From: Paraspadella gotoi
Taxonomy: Eukaryota > Animalia > Chaetognatha
Length of the DNA: 64,000 bases
Direction: 5' to 3'
NCBI GenBank assembly: GCA_051294375.1
Contig: CM119269.1
Location: 6,123,919 to 6,187,918 of the forward strand
Shown here: positions 51,228 to 64,000 of the stretch, piece by piece
How the letters are laid out: each line of letters begins with the position of its first letter
How positions within the stretch are numbered: the stretch's first letter is position 1
The notes under the pieces: model-generated
Seen by the model: only the letters and a program-made list of their open reading frames with translations
Databases searched by the model: none
What the model was told of the DNA's origin: nothing
Program-made: the position numbers and the translations under genes

Positions 51228-51761
51228 CCGGGAGGGACTAACTTCAAGTGCTTACAGCACAAAAACGGTTTATGATAGAGAAAACAAGTGATTATATTTG
51301 AAAACTTAGCTAAATTTTCTTTCAATCGATATCAAAAGTCTGAAAGATCCAACAGCTAATGCTGTATTTAAAACTTTTTGCGTGACATGTCAAAATTCTT
51401 CGCGCGGTTTCCTTACAAATGTTTGGGAAATTTTGCTGAAAATCAAGATGAAGGACAATGACTGCTAATTTTTGTCCGTGCCGACTGCAATCCCCCTGAT
51501 TAATGAAAATGTAAAATAACTATCGACTTTCTGACAGCAAGAATGATAATTAATGATATAAATAACAGCATTCCCTAATGTCGCGGTCTAAAATCATATG
51601 CCGCCTTCTCTGAACCTTTGGAGAAGGTCATGGTTGACTAAAGGAAATCTTTGACCGTATTATTACAATTTTTTACAAATGTACTAATTTTTATAATATC
51701 TTTTTATTTACCCGTCCAAACGACTTTTTACAGTTAGTCCCAAAAGAGCTGGACCTCCCTG
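51228..51761 (-). mobile_element. Second, inverted and shorter copy of the Tc1/mariner-like element
   Basis: Same end agagctggacctccctg-TA; internal blocks are reverse complements of 48545-49015; TA on both flanks. Confidence 0.7.
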
Positions 51762-52684
51762 TATGGCGTTGCGTTTAAGTAAAAGTATTACAAACGTTAA
51801 ATTTAATTCTTTAACCTTCATATTATTAAAATATACTATTGAATATTGATCAGGACTAATAGGATAAAACTAAAAGTGCTCCCATGTTGCGACTATCATC
51901 GACTTGCATTGGAGGAGCTCGTCATCTTTAAACCCAATGTTTGAGTTCTTGCCTTGGTGAGTGATGGGTCGGTTAAATTACTGGTAGTAGACTACCAGAC
52001 CCACTGGGCACAGTGTTGGGCCTATTCCAGCTGTAGGTATACTATCACATAGCAACTATCAGTAAAACGAACTTAATTGATAATATAAAAGAGGGTATTA
52101 CCTTCTTTTTTAGTTTTCACGATTGATAAACCTTGAGCTCTTCCGCACAGCGATGACTAAAAAGTTTAACAAGCTGCTAACCGATCAAAATCGTCAGGAA
52201 ACTAGTTTAAAACCTGAATCATCAAAGAAAATGCGACGAAATTCATCACAATTCTAAGTAATTTGTAAAATGTATTTTTGCTCTAACATTTTCTTAAAAC
52301 TTAATTGATTGACATCAAAGGATCCTACACTAGACTTAAATAACAATACCGCGTTTCGTGAATCTTGATAAGAATGAAGACAAATTGGAATGGATATACA
52401 TATAAAAATCTTTAGATGAGATGCGGAAGATTCGCGAAGACTGTTTTCCAAATTCTTAAGCGGGGATGAGAGTGAATGGGAATGGTTTGAAAACAATTTT
52501 CAGGGAAAGTCAGGGGGGGGGGAGAAAAAAGTGAAGAATGAAAGGAATCGAAATTGATGATCACATTAGAGTTCGAAGACGATTCAGTGACAATTGTCGC
52601 TAGAGAAACGAAGAGGGGGGGTTTAAAAGAGTCACTTCGCCCCACCCCCTTCAGATCGAGGAAGACGCAAAGAGGCGCGCGTGG

Positions 52685-55638
<2,954 letters not shown>

Positions 55639-55894
55639 TTAAATAGTCGTAAAAAGATTTATAATAAAAACTCGGGGTTCTCCAGTTAGGATCCCTGATG
55701 CTAAAAAAAAGGAAGGAACGAGAAATTTTTAAACATAAATAAAACTTTTGGAAGGACAGCCAAATAACATTAACAACGATTTGTAAAAAATGACTAGAAA
55801 GCGTGGCCGAAAAACAATATGTACTTAAATTAACGGCTGTAAAATAAAACTAGACATGAGGCAAATTTACAAAACAGGAAGAAATAAATTAATG

Positions 55895-57983
55895 TCAATT
55901 GATCAGGAGGCTTTCGCAAAGGTCTACGACGTTTTGCTTGATGAGTTTTGGCAAGGGAAGTTTAAGCGAAAAGTGGAACACGTTGGAAATGTGGGAAGCG
56001 CTGTGCCTAAGATCCAAGATGAAAAAATTTCGTTTCAAAATTGATTCTTAGAAAGTCCCAAATATGTCAATATTAAAAAATCCGAACCTGACGTTAAGGC
56101 AAGCGAGTTGTTTCAAGGATCTTGGTCGTTCGTAGAGCAAAAAGACGAGTGAGCGATGAAGCGAAGGAAAGGGGAACTCGTCGAAGGCGGAGACGTCCGA
56201 GTCATCGAAAGGATCGTCCTCGACGCGGGAGGCAATGAGCACGCGTTGGGTAAAAGGATATCCGGCGATAGCGACCAGCAGAACGATCTTGGAGAGCGCC
56301 GGGAGCGCCGTAGGAGAATCAGGCGCATCGTCAGCGTCGTCAGGGTGGAGGGAGTCGGGGCCAGCGCTTCGAAGTTGCGAAGCTTTGAGGCAAGCTCGGT
56401 AGAGGATGTCGTCGTTGGATTCGGTCGGCTCCAAACAACCGGTGGCTTGAAGGAGGATCTGAACAGTTCACATAAATAAAAAAAAGTTTAAAATTAAAAT
56501 AAAATTTATCAAAATCAAGAAAATATTTTGTCATCCGAACCTGAAAGACAGTAATCCAGCCGCGATGATCGCCACCTGCGAGACATTCCTCGAGGGCAAA
56601 GAAGACCAATTCGCTCGAAGCCCTGGCGCCGTAAAGGAAAAGAAGGCGCAGGATTTCGGCGCTGCGGCTTTTGGCAGCGGCGAAGAGAAGCTCGCGGTGT
56701 TGAAGGCTGATGCCGGCGCCGTGAGATAGCAAGAGGGCAACCACTTCTGCGTGACCTGACCAACGGGAAAATAAGTTAGATTGACACTCGAATCCAACGT
56801 TGACGCCTTTTTACCTTTGGAGACGGCGACTTTGATGGGGCTGACTTTTTCGCAATTGGTTACGTTTGGCAAGACTCCCTTGTCTAGAAGAAATTCGACG
56901 ATGGGCCCGTGGCCCGACAGCGCCGCGTAGTGGAGGATTGTGTTGCCAGATTTGTCGCGCAGCTGAAGGTCCGCTCCGTAGGTTTCGATCAAACAACGGA
57001 GGATGTCGAGCTGCCCGCTTTCCGACGCCAACATGACCGGAGTTTTGCCCGACGGTAATACTCCTTTCGAATATTTTGAACTTGTGTTGATTGCTAACCT
57101 TTTTAATATTTATTTTCCTCCAAAAAGGAAAAAAAAGTTTTCATACCCTTGTTGGGATTTCCGCCACGCTGAAGAAACTTTTGAACGTGAGCCTTGCGAT
57201 GGCGTTTAATGGCGGAGTGAAGGGGAGTTTCTCCGTGTTCGTTGAAAATGTTGGGATCGGCTTTGCCCTCCAACAGGATGTCAATAATAACGGAATCGGA
57301 AACCCAATTCCATTGAACAGAGAGATGCAAAGGCGTGGTGCCCGTCCCGTCCTTTTTGTTGCAATCCGCCCCTCGTTCGACCAAAAGCTACGGAGGAAAA
57401 GATGAGTAAAATAAAAAAACTTGATAGATCAGTATTCGGTAAGTAATTAATTTATACTTACCCTGACGATTTCCTTTTGAGAACAGACGACGGCCGATGC
57501 CAAAGGATGGGAGCCTCCGACGAAGCGGGCGTTCACATCTACACCGTCTTTTTTTACCAAATCGCGGACCTTGTGTGATTATGAAAATTTCTTTAATTAA
57601 AAAAAATAACCAAGTCGTTTAATGTTAGTTACCGTTTCAACGTTTCCTTGTTGAATTGCTTTGAAGAGCTGCTCTATCTTGGGAATTTTTCCCTGGTAGT
57701 TGGCCATGGCCTCCTCGTTCCTCTTGCATTTCTCCTGTCTCCTGGCGTAGCATTTGGCGTAAGCGGAACCCCAGGCGGAGCCCGTTGGGTTAGACCTCGG
57801 AGGAGGAGAGGCCCCCGAAGGGCAATCGGAGGCTGACCTCGCAGGGGCGGGGGAATCGGTGAGGGGTTGACCCACCGATATACGAAACCTCTCCCCGGAT
57901 CCGTGACGTTGTCTCGTCCAAAATAGACTGTCAAAGAAGTTTCTTCGCTGGTGTTGCGGAGTCGTTTCGCGCGCCTCATCCAT
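55895..57983 (-). CDS. Ankyrin-repeat and SOCS-box protein (ASB-like E3 substrate adaptor); 7 exons
   Basis: Ankyrin repeats GTTPLHLSV, GETPLHSAI, GKTPVMLAS, GNTILHYAA; SOCS box PRSLKQLACLNVR...LPLPKLIK. Confidence 0.9.
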
Positions 57984-58138
57984 CGCGGCGGCGTGGTTGC
58001 GTTTCAGTTTGGCGCAGTTTTGGCGACCGCCTTACTATTCTCACAAAAATCCATTTCAATGCATCTATCAAAAAATAACCGCTACAGATGAAAGAACGAT
58101 ACAAAAAAAGTTGGCGAACTAATAAATATATATCACGG

Positions 58139-60576
58139 TCATTTCAAAATGTCGATGAGGTGCGAGGGAAGGCCTTGCAGTTCGTCAGGCTGAGATTTGG
58201 CGCTCCAAGACACGTCGGGCGCCGCCGATAACAGCGAGTCGCTCTCCTCGGTGAATTGGCGCGAGTGGCGCCAAGCCTGCCACTTCCGTTTCCAATTTGC
58301 GCTCCACTTCCGCCAATTCGACACTCTGTAATTAGTTTACCGGAAGTGATGGAAGTTAGCCTTCAAGTCAAATAGGGAGCCTTCACACCACCTCACATCC
58401 ACCATAGTTCAGCCAATCCCACAGTCCTAACGACTTCCCTCTGCGTTGGCAAAGCGAGACCGTCCTAGAGTAACCGCGCCAGTGACTGGAGGCGTCACTG
58501 AGGGTCGGTAGCCCCCGAAGCCAACAGCGAGATGCCTCATCCCAATGGGCATCACAGGCAACCCGGCTGTTGCCATAAGCCAATGATAACATACCTCGGA
58601 GCTTCCCCTCGGATGAAAAGCTCATCGGCGTCGCTCTCGTCCCAACCGAGATCCGTCGTCGATCGGAGCTGGAGATCGGAAGTGGTCCGCGGCGACAAGG
58701 GCGTTGGAATGTAGGCTGGCCGAAATACCCTTCGCCGACGAACTACAGTAAACGCAAGCGGAGGGCATGTTCATTTTTTTGGTTAGGGTAAAATCCCTTT
58801 CCTTAGGTTTGATAATCCTAATAACTGCATCACAATTCACCCGTCGAGACTATGAAGAGAATGGCCAAAAGCGCCGATACGCCGAGACCCAAAACGGCGA
58901 AGACCCAAAGGCCAAAATTGGCCAAAGAATTATCACAGACGCTTAGGAGCATGGGGCAGACATTGTCGAGGCTGCCATTGTTAGGTGCGGGGCGGAGACC
59001 GAGCAGGCGGCACATCAAAGGGTAAATGTCGACGTTGTTGAAAGGTTCGGCGCGGAATCCAGACCGGAAGGAAGGACCACGGGCCACGAAGAAAGGGTGC
59101 ATGTCCATCTCCCTGTTGTCGTAGCCGTGCTCGCCTCTTCGAGTAGCTCGATACTCCAGGGAGTCGTTCTGTATGGCGGGGGAGAGGGAGGGGACGGATC
59201 ACGGCTGCGCTCTAAGGCTAGGGCGACGAGAATTCTCACCTCGTAAGCGAAGAGACCGAACCCTAAGTCGGCGACTGCGACCACAGGAGCGATTCTCACG
59301 TTGTGGGAGTAATGGAAATGTGCGGGGACGTCTTCGCGGAGATAAACCGACATATTCGCCTGACAACCGAAAATATATTTTTGAGAAACCGAGAAAATAA
59401 TAAATGAAATAATAACGTTATTATACATTATTATATTATATTATTATTATTATATTATACATTATTATACATTATATATAATAAAATAAGCCAAATACTC
59501 ACCACTCCCTTCAATAAACTATAAATATCCTTCACGGCAGTTGCGTTGTCTCTGTCCTTGGGCCACACGCCCAACACAGGACTCCAGCCCGTCGCAAAAA
59601 ACGCCCCTCGGGGCAAGAGTCTCTCCAGTACGATGACGGGCACGCCGGGTTTCAAGGAGGTGAACCCGTGGTCGGACGTGACCACTACGTTGACAGAGTC
59701 GTCGAGTCCAGTTCTTTTCAGCTCCTTTCCCAAATAACCCATCCACTCGTCGAGAAAGCGAACGACCCGAGTCACGTTTTCCGACTCGGGTCCGCAATAG
59801 TGGGCGGTGGTGTCAGGCTCGTGGTAGTAGAGCATGGCCAGGTTGGCCTTGGCGTCGCCAGATAGCAGACGGACCACATCATCGATCCGCCTTTTTAAAG
59901 TTATGTTCTTATCGTAGTGGACGAAGTCGCTGGGCAGGACGCCCTTGATCGGGGTCTGACTCCCCGGCCAGAAGTGAACGATAGAGCGGCAATCGGAGCA
60001 CTGGAGTTGGTTGGTCACCCAAATCGGCTCCGCGCCCGCCGACCAGAATTTAGGGTCGGTGGAAGTCATGTCGAAGGTCTCGTTGAGATTGGGGTCGAAG
60101 AAGCTGACATGGTAAGGAGTTAAAAAGTGAGTCTTTAAAAAAAAAACAGTAAAACTAAAAGTTCAAGACCATTGAGTACCCGTTGGAGACGATGCCGTGG
60201 GACTCTTCGTAGAGACCAGTGGCGATGGTGAAGTGATTGGGAAACGTCTTGGAGATAAAGGCGTCTTGTACCCACTTCGCTCGGACTCCTTCGCCCACGA
60301 ATCTTAAGATCAAATAAATCCAAATAAAGGCAAAATCCAAAATCAAAACAGACTGAAGGGGTCTAAAAGAGGAAAATGTCGGTGCCACCTGTCAAAGTTG
60401 GGCGTGTCTGTCTTGTCGAGGTAATCGTGGCGAAATCCGTCAAAAGATATTAGCAGCAGACGTGAAGAATCGTCGGCAGTGTCGCCTGTTCGGAGAAGCG
60501 TTAACAGCATCGCAGATAGAGTCAACAGCATGACACCGGCTTTGGTGCGGCACGCCCCTCCACTATGGAGACGCAT
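58139..60576 (-). CDS. Ectonucleotide pyrophosphatase/phosphodiesterase, ENPP4/5-like type I membrane protein; 7 exons
   Basis: [61 protein letters not shown]-terminal TM; the start could be the second Met (MLLTL). Confidence 0.93.
58382..58577 (+). mobile_element. Family L element (copy C), 5'-truncated and internally deleted, in the last ENPP intron
   Basis: Near-identical to the reverse complement of 4419-4660; agcc on both flanks. Confidence 0.85.
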
Positions 60577-60649
60577 CGAAGGAATTAAAGTCTAGCAAAA
60601 AGGGACGAGCCACAATCTTGCAGGGGCGTCGTAATTTTATTTTTTTTTT

Positions 60650-61048
60650 TCACGTCAGAGAATCCGAGGTGGTCGGCCGGTCGGCCAGCGACCACGCCAA
60701 CTGACGCGGACGAATCTTTCAGGAGCTTTTTCTACGGGGAAAAGCGTCGTGTCACGGAGACGCAATTGTAAGAGTGACACGTCCTGGATTTTCATTGGCC
60801 AGCGAGAGGCGCAGATGTTTAATCGCGTATCGCTTTTCCATTGGTCGATTGTTTCCTCGCGAAAATTCCATTCGAATGAATTTGACCAATAAGATCTAAG
60901 AACGTCGACTTTTTTGGCGAATCGAGACAGAGCGAGAAAAGTGGCGATGGTTCTCAAAACGAACGAGACGAACGTGTCGAGCGAGTCGGCGACGAGCCAA
61001 TGAGAGAATAGATGAGGTATCGAAATACACGTGAACGATTTTTATTGG
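60650..61048 (-). promoter_or_regulatory. ER-stress-type promoter: four ERSE-like elements and a UPRE
   Basis: CCAAT-N9-NNACG at 60780-98(-), 60826-44(-), 60886-904(+) and 61030-48(-); TGACGTGA at 60650-57(-). Confidence 0.7.
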
Positions 61049-62531
61049 TCGCCGGTTCTAGGTGGAGCATCGACGAGAATCACTGCAATTACCTCGCCGG
61101 GTTTAGGGTCTAAGCCGGAAACAAGTTCCTGGAATCAATGCGTGGCAACGGCGGGGCAGTGACGTTGACACGGCCGTGAGTAGCTAGCTTTTTTATTATT
61201 CTCTAATAAAACTTCTCCCTAGCACCAGGGCGAAAAAATAAATCCCTTTCCTACCGTCATTGTTTAATTACATTCAAATCTGCAAAGGAAAGCAACCGAT
61301 GCCGAACGTAAAATTACAAGCATTACAAATAAAATAAAATGGCTTTTGAAAGTCTGTTTCCAACAAGAGGGATTCTATGATTGCCTCTTCCACCTCTTTA
61401 ACCATAGTTAAAACATTTTTTTTAAATAATAAAACCGTTATAAAATTACCGTAATTGTACTAAGAGTTACACTCGGCGAAAGAGGAGGATTTCGTAAGCA
61501 AAGGTGAAGATAAGACTAGAGTTCACGCAAGACGCTGGGTCCCGATAGGAGCCTCAAATGAGGGAAACGAGTTTCAAAAATGACATACAAATGCTCGAGC
61601 AAGTTTTTATAAAAACAATATTCCGCATTATAGTGAATACATGAGAGAAAGCTACGCAAGGACAAACCGCGATTGATTGGCAAACAATGTGAGCCAGCCT
61701 TATCGAGTAAAATTAAATTAGGTATTGACAGCGGATAATAAAATTACAAAGAAGCCGCATAATTATTCAGTTAGTAATTAATTATTATACAACAATATAA
61801 ATGAATCTGTAGGGATAACTTAAATTGCAATATCTAGCAAATAAAACTCAAATTTATAAGTAAATAACTTAGAAACTATAACTAATGTAATCCACAAAAT
61901 TTGTTTAAACAAACAGGCGAAAGATACAAATTGCTTCACGGACGAAACGATTTATTTTCGTATCGTTTGTAAAAAAAGATAGCAAAATTTCAGAAGTATC
62001 AAAGCTAAAAAACAAGTTTCTGTTATCTCTTATGTAGAATTGAAAATTTAAAACTCGTTAAAAAGCAGTAGTTCTGAAAAAAAAAAAACATTAAAACCAA
62101 AAATTTGATTAAAAGAATAAATTCTACGTAATAAATCGATAGATTTATTAAAACTAGAAACTGTGATAAAAGGAAAGAAAAAATTCATTTCGCTTGAAGC
62201 GTTCCACGATTACTATTAATTACATTATACGTTCAACTGGAAAATTGATTATACTATTTTAATCATTATTACTCAGTACTTGAATTTATCATTAATGAGA
62301 GGACTTCAATAATCAATTTGCTCGGTACGTTAACCGCCCATAAGCCAAAAAAAGTAATTTGTAATAAAAAACGCAAAAATAGAAAAAAATTGAACCCAAA
62401 AGCATATCAAAGCAAGCTTATAATTTAAAATATTCGACATATATCGCTTAAAAGATCTTTTTATTTTTAAAGACAAATTGTAAGAGAAAAATTATTGTAT
62501 CTCATGACTTAGTTATGCCCCCACAAATGCT

Positions 62532-64000
62532 TTAAAGGTGCAGAGTTCTTGACTTGGCCAGTAGAACTTTCTCGATTGGCCTTTGACCTGTCCGGGCGTA
62601 AGTGTATCCGATTTGCTGTTGCCGGAACGATGACTCGGGTGGCGGGAGGGTGTAGCCATGATCCTCGCTGATAGAACGGTTGAGATCTGCGGATGTGGTA
62701 GGAGTGGCAGGCGTGTCGGATTGTCTGACCTTTACAACTGACCCAGCCGCGGTTCCTTCAATGATGTCATCGGCGTCCTCTTCGTCTTCGTCATCGACGA
62801 AATTCTTCGCCATCGCCGTCAGTAACACTTGATTAGGCGTCTGACCGCAAACCATTTGGGCAAAAGTCAAAGGTGACGAAAAACCTTTGGTAATAACATT
62901 GGAATCGGGACTGGCAGCGAAAAAGTTGATCAATTGCTGTTTACATGCGGGACTTTTGGAAGGAGGCCTGAAAAAAAATAGAATAAACGTGTGACTTCAC
63001 GTCTTAAAATCTTTTGCTCGCTACGCGTTCTTAAATTCGACTTACCTTTCTGCTACATTCTGCTTCAGAATGGAGGGCGGCGAGTATAAGAGAGTCGCGT
63101 CGCCCTCCAACGTCTTCGAAGGAGTTTCGAGTCCGTAACCGAGAGACGTTTGCATCGAACGTCGCGGGGAAGGTTCATCCGCGCCAGCTGCTGATGCGAC
63201 GGCTTTCTCGACGGGCAACGCCGCGGCGGCGCAGTCGGTCATCGCGAGGGATTTCCGCGCCGACTTTTTGACAGGAGAATTCTCCTTTCCGCTTAGTTTC
63301 GGGCGTTCCTCCTCGATGACTGAAGAGGATTCTTCAAGAAATCCCTCGGCGTCTTTCTAATGAAAACAAAGTAAACAATGTCAAAAGAGAACTCAAAAAT
63401 AGCTTTTCTGAAACTTACCCTCAGTACGTCGCTCCTATCCTTGAGCTCTTGCGGAGTACCCAGCGGAGTCAAATCCCACTTCAACGCCCCCTCCTTAGCC
63501 TCAAAAGCAGCGAGGTAACGCTTTAGCGGCGTCGGCGTCCGTTGACCCAAAAACGGCCGCGGGCGTTTGGAGGGACTCGGACCTGCCTGACTCGAAGCGG
63601 GCCAGGGTTTGCTAGGGGGCGGCGGAGTGACGGCAGCTTCGCGGACGAAGAACTCCGTCAAGGCACTACCGCCCCTCAACTGAGCGTCGGGCGGGATAGT
63701 CTTCAAGGGGCACGAGGATTTTGTAGGAGTTTTGTCGTAATTCAAAGTCTTGACGTGGGAACCTAGAAATGACGGAAGGTAGAGAATGATTATTAATCAA
63801 TTCGTCGATGAACCGAACCGCGATTCCTCGGACTCGTTACCTTTTTCTTTCGGCGATGTCTGGCGCGAATCCGAGCGAGATCCAGGAGTAACCGGCGTCG
63901 ACGTCATCTTCGGTGTCTTGGGCTTTACAGTTACAGGGGAGTTGAGAAATTGCGAAGGGGAAAATGGGAGCGACGCGGAGGGAACGCGAGCCTTGATGGG
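62532..64000 (-). CDS. MYB: Myb (c-/A-/B-Myb family) transcription factor, C-terminal part; continues beyond the window
   Basis: LPFSPSQFLNS, RTPTPLKRYLAAFEAKEGALK, SPPSILK, MVCGQTPNQVLLTAMAKNFV and terminal SRTLHL match the Myb C-terminal conserved regions. Confidence 0.88.

Overview
Eukaryotic (invertebrate metazoan-like) genomic DNA with short spliceosomal introns (mostly about 55-100 nt). All gene models were spliced by hand from splice-site phase and protein motifs. The first ~21 kb is gene-sparse and rich in (GA)n/(GTC)n microsatellites. It holds a divergent GT10 alpha-1,3-fucosyltransferase-like gene, a four-exon secreted cysteine-rich (ShK/PLAC-like) precursor that the ORF track largely misses, and the long upstream region of an SLC16/MCT transporter. 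The rest is gene-dense: MCT(+), a Ser/Ala/Pro-rich exon chain(-), IFT80(-), SLC35F6(+), CAPS2(-), INTU(+), a 4CL/luciferase-family ligase(+), BiP/HSPA5(-), an ankyrin-SOCS box gene(-), an ENPP4/5-like gene(-) and the 3' part of Myb(-). The most striking feature is that BiP has no proximal ER-stress promoter. Instead, four ERSE-like elements plus a UPRE sit about 5 kb upstream, in front of the co-oriented, tightly packed ENPP-ASB-BiP trio. Each gene is preceded by a splice acceptor, suggesting an operon or shared-leader UPR transcription unit. Other highlights are a family of tRNA-promoter-containing solo-LTR-like elements with covarying hairpins, nested MITEs, and a possible ~400-aa alternative C-terminal tail of IFT80.
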